57,671 bases of DNA from an uncultured Rikenella sp. (GTDB lineage: Bacteria; Bacteroidota; Bacteroidia; Bacteroidales; Rikenellaceae), in contig NZ_CAJTUJ010000001.1 in the NCBI RefSeq assembly GCF_910579375.1, positions 1-57,671 on the forward strand. The letters run 5' to 3'. The number at the start of each line of letters is the position of its first letter. The stretch's first letter is position 1. A program made the position numbers and the translations under genes. Shown in pieces: positions 17,952 to 28,168 of this stretch. The notes under the pieces are model-generated. The model ran no database searches. It was not told the DNA's origin and saw only the letters and a list, made by a program, of their open reading frames with translations.

Positions 17952-18863
17952 ATGAAGGAAAAACAGAGTCTGGTTTCGATCCACGATTTCACCAAGGAGG
18001 ATATTCTCCGCATTATGGAGCTGGCGGCCGATTTTGAAGCTAACCCGGATCAGCGGCTGCTGTACGGCAAGGTGGTGGCTTCGCTCTTTTTCGAACCTTC
18101 GACCCGGACGAGGCTCAGTTTCGAGAGCGCGATCAACCGGCTGGGGGCGCGGGTGATCGGCTTTTCGGACATGAACAACACCAGCGTGACCAAGGGCGAG
18201 ACGCTGCACGATACCATCAAGGTGATTTCGAACTATTGCGACATGATCGTGATGCGGCATCCGGTCGAAGGGGCGGCGCGCTATGCCAGCGAAGTGTCGC
18301 GGGTGCCGGTGGTCAATGCGGGCGACGGGGCCAATCAGCATCCGAGTCAGACGCTGCTCGACCTCTATTCGATCCTCAAGACGCAGGGGCGGCTGGACAA
18401 TATCAATATCATGATGGTGGGAGACTTGAAGTACGGGCGGACGGTGCATTCGCTGCTGGAGGCGCTGTCGCACTTCAAGGCCGAGTTTACGTTCGTCTCG
18501 CCGCCGGAGTTGCAGATGCCGACGGAATACAAGATGCAGCTTTACGAGCGGGGGATTTCGTACTACGAGACGGCGGATATGATGGAGCGGATGGGAATGG
18601 CCGATATCATCTACATGACGCGGGTGCAGCGCGAGCGGTTCTCGGATGTAATGGAGTACGAGCGGGTGAAGAATGCTTATATCTTGCACAACGACATGCT
18701 GGCCGATACGAAGCCGAACATGCGGATTCTGCATCCGCTGCCGCGGGTCAATGAGATCGCGCCGGACGTGGACAACAATCCGAAAGCCTACTGGTTCCAG
18801 CAGACGGAAAACGGGGTTTATACTCGAATGGCTATTATGGCTTACCTTTTCGGGGTCAAATAA
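17952..18863 (+). CDS. pyrB: Aspartate carbamoyltransferase catalytic subunit
   Basis: [23 protein letters not shown]. Confidence 0.98.
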   Translation: MKEKQSLVSIHDFTKEDILRIMELAADFEANPDQRLLYGKVVASLFFEPSTRTRLSFESAINRLGARVIGFSDMNNTSVTKGETLHDTIKVISNYCDMIVMRHPVEGAARYASEVSRVPVVNAGDGANQHPSQTLLDLYSILKTQGRLDNINIMMVGDLKYGRTVHSLLEALSHFKAEFTFVSPPELQMPTEYKMQLYERGISYYETADMMERMGMADIIYMTRVQRERFSDVMEYERVKNAYILHNDMLADTKPNMRILHPLPRVNEIAPDVDNNPKAYWFQQTENGVYTRMAIMAYLFGVK

Positions 18864-18895
18864 TTGGGGGGGTTCATTTAAAGTAATTCGTAATC

Positions 18896-19381
18896 ATGTC
18901 GGAAGAACGAAAAAATCATAAAAAGGGCGTTTTGGAGGTCAGCGCGATCGAAAACGGGACGGTGATCGACCACATTCCGCCGACCAGCTTATTTAAGGTA
19001 ATCAAACTGTTGGGGCTGGATCGGACGACGCATCAGGTGACCTTCGGGACCAATTTGCAGAGCAAGCGGATCGGGACGAAAGCGATTATCAAGATTGCGG
19101 ACAAGGATTGTGCGGACGAGGAGATCGGGTATATCTCGCTGGTGGCTCCGTCGGCGCGGATCAATATCATTCGGGATTACGAGGTGTCGGAAAAACGCGT
19201 GGTCGAGGTGCCGACCCATGTCGAAGGCTTTGTCAAGTGCGGCAATCCGATGTGTGTGACCAATCAGGAACCCCACGTCCGGACGCGATTCGACGTCTTT
19301 ACCCGAAACGGAGAGTTGGCCCTGCGGTGCAAGTACTGTGAAAAGATTACCGCTCAGGAGCAGATCGAGATTATACGATAG
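18896..19381 (+). CDS. pyrI: Aspartate carbamoyltransferase regulatory subunit
   Basis: VSAIENGTVIDHI, C.NP.C and C.YCE zinc motifs. Confidence 0.97.
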   Translation: MSEERKNHKKGVLEVSAIENGTVIDHIPPTSLFKVIKLLGLDRTTHQVTFGTNLQSKRIGTKAIIKIADKDCADEEIGYISLVAPSARINIIRDYEVSEKRVVEVPTHVEGFVKCGNPMCVTNQEPHVRTRFDVFTRNGELALRCKYCEKITAQEQIEIIR

Positions 19382-19424
19382 GCGACGGTTTCGACGTTGG
19401 TATATAGTTAATTGAGCTTATTAA

Positions 19425-22280
19425 ATGGAACAATATATTCATGTAAAGGGCGCCCGAGTTCACAACCTCAAGGATATAGAGATTAAGATTCCGCACAGCA
19501 AGCTGGTGGTGGTGACCGGTTTGTCGGGTTCGGGAAAGTCTACTCTGGCGTTCGATACCATTTTTGCGGAGGGGCAGCGGAGGTATGTGGAGAGCTTGTC
19601 GGCCTATGCGCGGCAGTTTTTGGGGAAGATCGAAAAACCGGATGTCGATTTCATTACGGGGATCGCTCCGGCGATTGCGGTGGAGCAGAAGGTCAATACG
19701 CGCAATCCGCGGTCGACGGTGGGGACGACGACGGAGATTTACGATTACTTGCGGCTGCTGTTTGCGCGGATTGGGAAGACCTATTCGCCGGTGAGCGGCG
19801 AGGAGGTGAAGGCGCATACGGTGCAGGATGTGGTGAATGCCGCAGCGGCGGCGCCGGTCGGGACTCGGGCGATGGTGGCGGCGCCGGTGGCGTTGCACGA
19901 GGGGCAGGGGGTGATCGAAAAGCTGACGCTGCTGATGAAGGACGGTTTCGAGCGATTGGTGTTGCGTTCGTCGGCTTCCGGAGAGGTGAAGTACGTGCAG
20001 GATATTTTGCCGGAGATCGAGCAATATGCCGTGGAGGATTTGGCGGTGGTGGTCGACCGGTTTTCCGTGCCGGAGGGAGCGGAGGAGGACAAGGAGTGGG
20101 GGAGTCGTCTATTTGATTCGGTGCAGACGGCGTTCGAGGTGGGGGATGGACGGTGTTTGCTGATTTTGTTTTCCGCTCGGGAACAGGGAGATAGGGGGGT
20201 TCAGTTTAAGGAGTTTTCCAATAGGTTCGAGGCGGACGGTATCGTGTTTCAGCGTCCGTTCGAACATATGTTCAGTTTCAACAATCCGCTGGGAGCGTGT
20301 CCTCGGTGCGAGGGATATGGACGTGTGGTGGGGATCGACGAAGATTTGGTTATTCCGGACAAGTCGAAGACGATTTACGACGACGCCATTGTCTGTTGGC
20401 GCGGCGAGACGATGAAGTGGTGGAAGGAGCAGCTGGTGATGAACGCTTCGAAGTTCGGCTTTCCGATCCACCGGCCGTTTTACGAGCTGAGCGAGGAAGA
20501 ACGGAGGCTGCTTTGGCGGGGAAACAGCTATTTTCACGGGCTGGACGAATTTTTCGAATACCTGGAAAAGGAGCGTTATAAGATTCAGTATCGGGTGATG
20601 CTCTCGCGGTATACGGGGAAGACGACCTGTCCGGATTGCTGCGGAGCGCGGCTCAGGCCGGAGGCGCTCTATGTGCAGGTCGGCGGGCGGACGATCGCCG
20701 AACTGGTGCGGATGCCGGTGAGCGAGTTGAAAGCGTTTTTTGCGCATCTGGATCTCGACGCACACGATGCGGAGGTCGGCGGGCGGGCGTTGACGGAGAT
20801 TAGGAGCCGGTTGCAATATCTTGAAGATGTGGGGCTTTCGTATCTGACGTTGGATCGGCTCTCTTCGACGTTGTCGGGCGGCGAGAGCCAGCGGATCAAT
20901 CTGGCCACGTCGCTGGGGAGCAGTTTGGTCGGGTCGCTCTACATTTTGGACGAGCCGAGTATCGGGCTGCACCCGCGGGATACGGAGAAGCTGATCGGGG
21001 TGCTGAAACAGTTGCGCGACCTCGGAAATACGGTGATTGTGGTGGAGCATGATGCCGAGATTATTCGGGCGGCGGACGAGGTGGTCGATATCGGGCCGAT
21101 GGCGGGTTATTTGGGCGGCGAGGTGGTTTTCCAGGGGGCGTTCGGAGCGATGGAGGCGGCGGCGAAGCGGAAGCAGAATCGGAGTCTGACGGTGCGTTAT
21201 CTGACGGGACGCGAGGCGATCGAGATGCCGGAGCGGGTCAGGAAGTGGAACAGCTATATCGAAATCAAGGGGGCGCGGGAGCATAATCTGAAAAATATCG
21301 ATGTGAAGATTCCGCTGGGGGTGATGACCTGTATTACGGGGGTGAGCGGGAGCGGGAAGTCGTCGCTGGTGAAGAGTATTCTCTATCCGGCTTTGCGGCG
21401 TGCACTGACCGAGACGGGCGATCGGCCGGGAGATTTCGATGGCATCGAGGGTGATATTTCGCGGATCAAAGGGGTGGAGATGATCGACCAGAACCCGATC
21501 GGACGCTCTTTGCGGTCGAATCCGGTGACCTATATCAAGGCTTACGATGAAATCCGAAAACTATTTGCAGAACAGCAGCTTGCGAAACAATATAAATTCG
21601 ATTCGTCGAGTTTCTCGTTCAACATTGCCGGCGGGAGGTGCGAGGAGTGCAAGGGCGAGGGGGTGATTCGGGTCGAGATGCAGTTTATGGCCGATGTGGA
21701 GCTGGTTTGCGAGGCATGTAATGGACGGAGGTTTCGGGACGAGATTTTGCAGGTGAGGTATCACGATAAGTCGATTTATGATGTACTGGAGATGAGTATC
21801 GACGAGGCGATCGACTTTTTCGGCGGGTATGCGGAGCAGGATAAGATCAATTTGCGGATTGTCGAGAAGCTCAAGACGTTGCAGGATGTCGGATTGGGGT
21901 ATGTCAAGCTGGGGCAGTCGTCGTCCACTTTGTCGGGCGGCGAGAGCCAGCGGGTGAAGCTGGCTTCGTTCTTGTTGAAGGAGAATAGCTCGCAACCGCT
22001 GTTGTTCATTTTCGACGAACCGACCACCGGGCTTCATTTTCACGATATCAAGAAGTTGCTGCGTTCATTTGAAGCGTTGATGCAGAAGGGGCATACGGTG
22101 GTGGTGGTCGAACATAATATGGATGTCGTGAAGTGTGCCGACTGGGTGATCGACCTCGGGCCGGAGGGGGGCGAGGCGGGAGGAGAACTCGTCTTTGCCG
22201 GTACGCCGCGCGAGTTGGCGGAGGCTCCGGCGGCGGTGGGAAGCCATACGGCGCATTATCTGAAGGAGGTGATCGGCTGA
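19425..22280 (+). CDS. uvrA: Excinuclease ABC subunit A
   Basis: Two Walker A motifs (GLSGSGKS, GVSGSGKS), two LSGGE signatures, zinc fingers. Confidence 0.96.
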   Translation: MEQYIHVKGARVHNLKDIEIKIPHSKLVVVTGLSGSGKSTLAFDTIFAEGQRRYVESLSAYARQFLGKIEKPDVDFITGIAPAIAVEQKVNTRNPRSTVGTTTEIYDYLRLLFARIGKTYSPVSGEEVKAHTVQDVVNAAAAAPVGTRAMVAAPVALHEGQGVIEKLTLLMKDGFERLVLRSSASGEVKYVQDILPEIEQYAVEDLAVVVDRFSVPEGAEEDKEWGSRLFDSVQTAFEVGDGRCLLILFSAREQGDRGVQFKEFSNRFEADGIVFQRPFEHMFSFNNPLGACPRCEGYGRVVGIDEDLVIPDKSKTIYDDAIVCWRGETMKWWKEQLVMNASKFGFPIHRPFYELSEEERRLLWRGNSYFHGLDEFFEYLEKERYKIQYRVMLSRYTGKTTCPDCCGARLRPEALYVQVGGRTIAELVRMPVSELKAFFAHLDLDAHDAEVGGRALTEIRSRLQYLEDVGLSYLTLDRLSSTLSGGESQRINLATSLGSSLVGSLYILDEPSIGLHPRDTEKLIGVLKQLRDLGNTVIVVEHDAEIIRAADEVVDIGPMAGYLGGEVVFQGAFGAMEAAAKRKQNRSLTVRYLTGREAIEMPERVRKWNSYIEIKGAREHNLKNIDVKIPLGVMTCITGVSGSGKSSLVKSILYPALRRALTETGDRPGDFDGIEGDISRIKGVEMIDQNPIGRSLRSNPVTYIKAYDEIRKLFAEQQLAKQYKFDSSSFSFNIAGGRCEECKGEGVIRVEMQFMADVELVCEACNGRRFRDEILQVRYHDKSIYDVLEMSIDEAIDFFGGYAEQDKINLRIVEKLKTLQDVGLGYVKLGQSSSTLSGGESQRVKLASFLLKENSSQPLLFIFDEPTTGLHFHDIKKLLRSFEALMQKGHTVVVVEHNMDVVKCADWVIDLGPEGGEAGGELVFAGTPRELAEAPAAVGSHTAHYLKEVIG

Positions 22281-23530
22281 TGGCGGAAGAAGAGTTCGAT
22301 TCATTCACCTTGCCGAACGGGATGCGGTGCGTCCATCGACGGCCGGGGAGGCTGGCCGGGCAAGTGGCGCACCTGGCTCTGACGATCGGTGCCGGGACAC
22401 GGGACGAGGCGGTGGCGCAACATGGGGTGGCGCACCTGGTCGAGCACCTGTTGTTCAAGGGGACGACCCGACGGTCGGCTTATCGGGTCAATAGTTTGCT
22501 GGAGAATGCGGGGGGCGAGTTGAATGCCTTTACCACCAAGGAGGAGACGGTGGTGCACGCGACTTTGTTGCGGTCGGAGTTCCGGAAAGGGGTGGATTTG
22601 CTGTCGGATATGGTTTTCCGGTCGCGTTTCGACGCGCGGGAGATCGACAAGGAGCGGGAGGTGATTATCGATGAGATCAACTCCTATAAAGACTCACCGG
22701 CGGAGTTGATTTTCGACGATTTCGAGGAGTTGTTGTTTGCCGGTTCGCCGCTCGGGCGGAATATTCTGGGTACGCCGCGGAACCTGAAGCGGGCGACGCG
22801 GCAGCAGCTGGTGGAGTATGTTTCGGGGCATTATCGGCCGGATCGGATCGTCTTTTCGGCATCGGTGGAGATGCCTCACGGGCGTTTTCGGGAGATCTGC
22901 GAACGCTATTTGGCTCCATTTGAGGCGACACAGGGGGGTGTTTCCACAACAGAGGAGCGGCGTGCGCCGGAGCGGCAGCCGCAGTTTGATGTCGTGCGGC
23001 ACAAGAATACCTATCAGACGCATTGCCTGTTGGGGGGCTACGGCTACGACCTGCACGACGAGCGGCGGCTCCGGCTGGCTTTTCTGATCAATCTCTTGGG
23101 CGGTCCGGCTTCGGTGTCGCGGCTCAATATGCTCTTGCGCGAGAAGTATGCCCTGACGTACAATGTCGAGGCGGGATATGTGCCGTATAGCGACAGCGGG
23201 ATTTATACCATCTATCTGGGGTGCGAGCGCGACAAGGTGGAACGTTCCGTAGAGCTCGTCCGGGCGGAGTTGCGGCGGTTGCGGGAGACGAAACTGACGG
23301 CGGTTCAGCTGGCTCGGGCGAAACGGCAGTTTCTCGGCCAATGGATTCTGTCGTCGGAGAATACCGAAAATCTGATGTTGGGGATAGCCAAGAGTGTGCT
23401 GGTTTACAACGGTTTCGAGAAGTCGGAGGAGGTGGCGGCGAAAATCGGGGCGATTACGGCGGAGGAGCTGCTCAAAACGGCGAACGATATCTTCGCTGAA
23501 AATAATCTTTATACTCTGATATACAATTAG
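22280..23530 (+). CDS. M16 family zinc peptidase
   Basis: HLVEH inverted zincin motif, LNAFTTKEET. TGATG coupling to uvrA gives the start at 22280. Confidence 0.92.
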   Translation: MAEEEFDSFTLPNGMRCVHRRPGRLAGQVAHLALTIGAGTRDEAVAQHGVAHLVEHLLFKGTTRRSAYRVNSLLENAGGELNAFTTKEETVVHATLLRSEFRKGVDLLSDMVFRSRFDAREIDKEREVIIDEINSYKDSPAELIFDDFEELLFAGSPLGRNILGTPRNLKRATRQQLVEYVSGHYRPDRIVFSASVEMPHGRFREICERYLAPFEATQGGVSTTEERRAPERQPQFDVVRHKNTYQTHCLLGGYGYDLHDERRLRLAFLINLLGGPASVSRLNMLLREKYALTYNVEAGYVPYSDSGIYTIYLGCERDKVERSVELVRAELRRLRETKLTAVQLARAKRQFLGQWILSSENTENLMLGIAKSVLVYNGFEKSEEVAAKIGAITAEELLKTANDIFAENNLYTLIYN

Positions 23531-23532
23531 GT

Positions 23533-24174
23533 ATGGAGGCGGAATTGGAACGCTATATCCTCGATCACATCTCGCCGGAAGAGCCGGTGTTGGCCGAACT
23601 GGATCGGCAGACCCACCTGAGGATGATTCAGCCGCGGATGCTCTCGGGGCATTGGCAGGGGGCTCTGCTGGAGATGTTCGTGCGAATGGTCGATCCGTTG
23701 TATGTGCTTGAATTAGGAACCTTTACGGGGTATTCGGCCATTGCGATGGCACGGGGACTCTCGCGCCAGGGGGCGGAGCTGCATACGGTCGAAATCGACG
23801 ACGAATTGCAGGATTTCGCTGCCAGGTATATCGAACGAGCGGGATTGCGGGAGCGGATCGTGCAACATATCGGGCCGGCGTTGGAGGTAGTGCCGGCTTT
23901 GGGACGGGTATTCGATCTGGTTTTTATCGACGCCGATAAGCGCGAATATCCGGATTACTATCGGATGCTGATGGAGGGAGGTTGGGTGCGGTCGGGGAGT
24001 ATTATACTGGCCGACAATGTTTTGTGGAGCGGGAAAGTGGCGGATCTGCCTAAAAAGAACGACCGGCAGACGCAGGGAATCTTGACCTTCAATCGGATGG
24101 TACGCGACGATCCGCGGGTGGAGCAGGTCATGGTGCCGTTGCGAGACGGATTGACCATTATCCGCGTGAAATAA
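23533..24174 (+). CDS. SAM-dependent O-methyltransferase (Methyltransf_3 family)
   Basis: LELGTFTGYS, FIDADK, ADNVLW, RDGL. Confidence 0.92.
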   Translation: MEAELERYILDHISPEEPVLAELDRQTHLRMIQPRMLSGHWQGALLEMFVRMVDPLYVLELGTFTGYSAIAMARGLSRQGAELHTVEIDDELQDFAARYIERAGLRERIVQHIGPALEVVPALGRVFDLVFIDADKREYPDYYRMLMEGGWVRSGSIILADNVLWSGKVADLPKKNDRQTQGILTFNRMVRDDPRVEQVMVPLRDGLTIIRVK

Positions 24175-24994
24175 CACGCGCTTTGCGGCCGATATATACT
24201 CCTGCTTTGACGAGGCAGAACGCTGCGGAGAGCACGGCAATGGCCGCTGCTCCGATCGGAATGTTGCCCACGTAACTGATATAGAGTCCGACCAGTACCG
24301 AAACGGTTCCGCCGATACAGGAACCGATCGTCAGCTGTTTGTAATTTCGTGTCAGCATGCCCGCGATAACTGTCGGCAACGTCAGCAGCGACATCAGCAG
24401 GACGATTCCCATAGTTTTGATTGTCAGTACGATCGTAACTGCGATCAGGATCATCATCGTGTGTCCGATCGCGCCGACCGGCAGTCGTTGCGAAGCTGCG
24501 AACTCGCGGTCGAAAGCCGTGTACAGAATCGCCCGATAGCATGCGGCGAACAGCAGTAGCAAGATGCCATCCATAATTCCTAATCCGATCAGATCCGTTC
24601 GATTCACCAACAGGATATTGCCGAACAGAAAGCTCATCAGATTCGGCGCATAGCCCGGTGTGAGAAAGATGAAGATGATGCCGATCGACATCCCGATCGA
24701 CCAGAGAATGCCGGTTGCCGCATCCTCGTTGACTTTTCCCCGCCGGCTGAAAGTCTCGATGCCGACCGCCGCTGCCACGGCGAACAATAAGGCGCCGACC
24801 AGCGGTGCGAATCCGAAATAGTAGGCGATTCCGATCCCACCGAACGAAGCGTGGGTAATGCCGCCGCTCATAAAGACCAGTTTCCGGGAGACGATGTACG
24901 TCCCGACGATCCCGCATGCGATGCCAGAGAGCAAAGTGGCCAAGGCTGCGTAGCCCAAGAATCGGTAGGCGAAAATTTCCTGAATAAAATCCAT
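24158..24994 (-). CDS. znuB: Zn/Mn ABC transporter permease
   Basis: GITHASFGG, SFLFGNI, multiple TM helices. ATG at 24994. Confidence 0.88.
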   Translation of the reverse strand: MDFIQEIFAYRFLGYAALATLLSGIACGIVGTYIVSRKLVFMSGGITHASFGGIGIAYYFGFAPLVGALLFAVAAAVGIETFSRRGKVNEDAATGILWSIGMSIGIIFIFLTPGYAPNLMSFLFGNILLVNRTDLIGLGIMDGILLLLFAACYRAILYTAFDREFAASQRLPVGAIGHTMMILIAVTIVLTIKTMGIVLLMSLLTLPTVIAGMLTRNYKQLTIGSCIGGTVSVLVGLYISYVGNIPIGAAAIAVLSAAFCLVKAGVYIGRKARVISRG

Positions 24995-25788
24995 TATTGC
25001 GGTTCGGAGGTTGTCGGTTTCGAGGCCTCGGTGCTGCATGCGCAACCCGAATGCCGAGTCAGTACGGTGTGCGGTACGGGCCCGTGCGAAATCAATTGGA
25101 TCGGGCAGTCGTATTCTGCTAACTGCTCTTGTGTCAGGATGTTCGACGGATGGTAATGGAAGCATCGGTTGATGCAGACGATGCTTTTCACATAGCGGCT
25201 GATGGTTCCCAGGTCGTGTGAAACCATGATGATGGCTATCCGTTCGTTCAGCCGGGCGAGCAGTTCGTACAGCTCTTTTTCGAACCGATTGTCTACGAAG
25301 GTGGTCGGTTCGTCCAGAATCAGCAGTTGCGGTTCGGAGATCAGCGAACGGCAGAGCAATACTCGTTGCAGCTCGCCGCCCGACAGCGCTCCGACCGGTC
25401 GCCCGGCCAACCGTCCGATGCCGATCTCTTCCAGCAGTTCCAGCGCCCGTTTCCGATCCGCCTTTCCGTAGCGGCCGAATAGTCCTTTGCGGGCTGCTAA
25501 GCCGGAGAGCACGATATCCGTCACTGAAATCGGAAATGTCCGATCGATATTTTTAATCTGGGGTAGATACCCGATACGCAAATCCGTCCGTGCGTACTCG
25601 ATTTTTCCCGCCAGAGGAGCCAAACCGCCTGTGAGCGTGCGGATAAAGGTCGTTTTTCCGCCGCCGTTCGGCCCGATCACGCCGATGTAGTCCCGGTCGC
25701 AGACCGTCAGGTCGATACCGCTGACGATGGCTGCCTCGCCGGGATATCCGACGGCTAACCGATGGATGCGGAGCAGTTCGTTTGTCAT
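24994..25788 (-). CDS. znuC: Zn/Mn ABC transporter ATPase
   Basis: GPNGGGKT, LSGGE, ILDEPT, SHD. Confidence 0.88.
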   Translation of the reverse strand: MTNELLRIHRLAVGYPGEAAIVSGIDLTVCDRDYIGVIGPNGGGKTTFIRTLTGGLAPLAGKIEYARTDLRIGYLPQIKNIDRTFPISVTDIVLSGLAARKGLFGRYGKADRKRALELLEEIGIGRLAGRPVGALSGGELQRVLLCRSLISEPQLLILDEPTTFVDNRFEKELYELLARLNERIAIIMVSHDLGTISRYVKSIVCINRCFHYHPSNILTQEQLAEYDCPIQLISHGPVPHTVLTRHSGCACSTEASKPTTSEPQ

Positions 25789-26636
25789 TCGTTCAGAATT
25801 ACTTGCAGGCTGTCGGCCAAGCGAGACATATTATCCATCCATTCCGCCGCCAACGGGTCGAATTCGATCGCCCGTCCGTTCGGCAGTTCGCGAACAATGG
25901 CTCGTGTCGCCGCATCGCTTGTTTGGGGTTGGAAGAAAACAGTTCGGATATCGGCTTTCTGCAAAGAATCGACCAACTGTTTGATATTCATGGCACTCGG
26001 CTCTTTCCCATCCGCCTCGACAGCGATCTGTTGCAACCCGTAATCGTCGGCGAAATAGGTGAGGGCGGTGTGACCGATGGCGAATTGTTTGCGTTTTGCC
26101 TCTTGTGCCACCCGTTGGAAGCGATGATCCAGGGTGTCGATCCGGGCGGCGAAAATTTCCGCCCGTTGGCGATAGATTGCTGCCGAATCGGGCTCCAGTT
26201 TTCCCAAAAAATCGGCCACTTCCTTGCCGATTACGGCAACCCGTCGCGGTGAGAGCCAGATGTGCGGATCTATACCTCCGTGCGCATGTTTCTGCGCAAT
26301 ATGCAACAGTTCGAGCGGTTGCGAGACGTTGCATACGGGCGTCTTCGGCGCTGCCTCCGGAATTTTTTCCAGCAGGATTTGTTCGAAGTCGATCAGACCG
26401 GTCGTGATATAGGCCCGAGCATCCGCCAATGCCTGAATTTGTCTCACGGTCGGTTCGTAGCTTTCCGGCGAGGCGGTCTCGGGTGCGAGCACTTCGACGG
26501 AACTCCCCGGCGCAACGATCTGTTCGACGATGTATTTGAGTGGAACGATCGAGACGAAAATCGATTGATCTTTCGGTTTAAATGAAGTTGTACAACTGGT
26601 TGTAATTAATAGAAATAATAAGATAATTCGATTCAT
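25785..26636 (-). CDS. znuA: Zn/Mn ABC transporter substrate-binding lipoprotein
   Basis: Lipobox-like ITTSC, DPHIWLSP, H.A..YF, E.DGKEP. Confidence 0.88.
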   Translation of the reverse strand: MNRIILLFLLITTSCTTSFKPKDQSIFVSIVPLKYIVEQIVAPGSSVEVLAPETASPESYEPTVRQIQALADARAYITTGLIDFEQILLEKIPEAAPKTPVCNVSQPLELLHIAQKHAHGGIDPHIWLSPRRVAVIGKEVADFLGKLEPDSAAIYRQRAEIFAARIDTLDHRFQRVAQEAKRKQFAIGHTALTYFADDYGLQQIAVEADGKEPSAMNIKQLVDSLQKADIRTVFFQPQTSDAATRAIVRELPNGRAIEFDPLAAEWMDNMSRLADSLQVILNE

Positions 26637-26637
26637 T

Positions 26638-27129
26638 TTATTGAAGGCGATTTCCGATTTTCTTCAATAGATTTTCCAGATTGACCGCATCGATTTCAGA
26701 AAAATCGTTCAGCCGGTCGCTGTCGATATCCAATACGGCGACAACCGTTTTCCCCGAGGGATCGAAGATCGGAACGACGATTTCCGATCGCGAAGCGGAG
26801 CTGCATGCGATGTGTCCCGGAAAGGCATCTACATCTGCTACGATCTGGGTCGAAGCCTTTTTCCAAGCGGTTCCGCAGACTCCTTTGCCGTATCCGATGC
26901 GGCTGCATGCCACGGAGCCCTGAAACGGCCCCAATACCAGTTCGTTGCCGACGACTCGATAGAAACCGACCCAAAAGAAACCGAATACCTCTCGCAATAC
27001 CGCGGCAATGTTGGCCATATTGGCTACCGGATCGCTTTCGAGAGTGACCAATGCCTCTATCTGGGGCGATAGGGCGGCGTAGAGCTCGGCTCTGTCGTCG
27101 GTTTGCGGAATCGTCAGCTGTTCGGCCAT
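26638..27129 (-). CDS. msrC: GAF-domain protein, free Met-(R)-sulfoxide reductase-like
   Basis: WVGFY, LGPFQG..AC, GVCG, HIAC, SEIVVP. -7 box at 27152-27159. Confidence 0.85.
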   Translation of the reverse strand: MAEQLTIPQTDDRAELYAALSPQIEALVTLESDPVANMANIAAVLREVFGFFWVGFYRVVGNELVLGPFQGSVACSRIGYGKGVCGTAWKKASTQIVADVDAFPGHIACSSASRSEIVVPIFDPSGKTVVAVLDIDSDRLNDFSEIDAVNLENLLKKIGNRLQ

Positions 27130-27161
27130 GAGAAAATCGCGTGAAGGTGAACAAAGGTAAT

Positions 27162-27196
27162 AAAAAAGCCTCTCTCTCCCGAAGGAAAGAAAGGCT
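27162..27196 (-). terminator. Terminator after tsf
   Basis: Minus strand agcctttctttcc-ttcg-ggagagagaggct followed by a T run. Confidence 0.8.
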
Positions 27197-27216
27197 GTGT
27201 GTAGCCGAAACTGACG

Positions 27217-28041
27217 TTAGTCGTTCAGCGAGAAGCGTTTGTATGCCACTACCGTCGCATCCGGATTGGCATTGTGAATAAACTGTGCCACGGTCATCTT
27301 GTTGTCTTTCACCAAAGCCTGGTTCAGCAACGTAGATTCCTTGAGGAATTTACCCACTTTCCCTTCGGCGATTTTATCGAGCATCGCTTCCGGTTTGCCT
27401 TCCTGACGAGCCTGTTCGCGACCGATTTCGCGTTCTTTTTCCAGTACATCCGCCGGGCAGTCGTCCTTGCTGATCGAGATCGGTGCCATGGCAGCCGCCT
27501 GCATCGCCACGTCGTGTGCCACTTCTGCCGGAATCTGCGCGTTGAAGCCGATCAGCGTCCCGAGCTTGTTGTTCATATGAACGTAGCTTGCGCACTGCGG
27601 AGCTTCGATCTTGGCGTAGTAGGTCAACTCGATCTTTTCACCGGTCTGGCCCGATTTTTCGGTCACCATCTCTTCAACGGTCTGCGCGCCGACTTTCAAG
27701 CTCTTCAGGGCGTCGATATCTGCCACGTCGTTTTTGATGGCGATGTCGAGCATGTCGTTCACCGTCTTGATGAATTCGTCGTTCTTAGCTACGAAGTCGG
27801 TTTCGCAAGCCAGACAGATGATATATCCTTTGGTATTCCCGTCGGTCAGCTTGGCTGCAACGACCCCTTCGGTCGCTTCGCGATCGGCCCGTTTGCTGGC
27901 TACGAGTTTCCCTTTTTCGCGGATAATGTCCTGTGCGCGGTCGAAATCGCCGTTGGCTTCTGCCAGGGCTTTCTTGCAATCCATCATCCCTGCACCGGTC
28001 ATTTTACGTAATTTGGCTACGTCTGCCGCTTTGATTTCCAT
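27217..28041 (-). CDS. tsf: Elongation factor Ts
   Basis: LRKMTGAGMMDCKKAL, CETDFVA. Confidence 0.98.
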   Translation of the reverse strand: MEIKAADVAKLRKMTGAGMMDCKKALAEANGDFDRAQDIIREKGKLVASKRADREATEGVVAAKLTDGNTKGYIICLACETDFVAKNDEFIKTVNDMLDIAIKNDVADIDALKSLKVGAQTVEEMVTEKSGQTGEKIELTYYAKIEAPQCASYVHMNNKLGTLIGFNAQIPAEVAHDVAMQAAAMAPISISKDDCPADVLEKEREIGREQARQEGKPEAMLDKIAEGKVGKFLKESTLLNQALVKDNKMTVAQFIHNANPDATVVAYKRFSLND

Positions 28042-28168
28042 GATTTTAGTCTCCTTTTCTAAGGTTTATAAACGTTACGTGCCGCGAGTTTAGTGTGTGT
28101 CCCACAGACTCCCGGCACGCTTACGCTCTTGGTTCGGTATGTGTGAATCTACCGTTTGTCCGAGTGAG

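Noticed and set aside
22133..22279. N-terminal extensions in the ORF track (M16 peptidase from 22133, znuB from 25165, phoH from 50662, mobC from 8615, truA from 30169)
   Set aside because: They overlap neighbouring genes or promoter regions. Downstream ATGs match family starts and coupling patterns.
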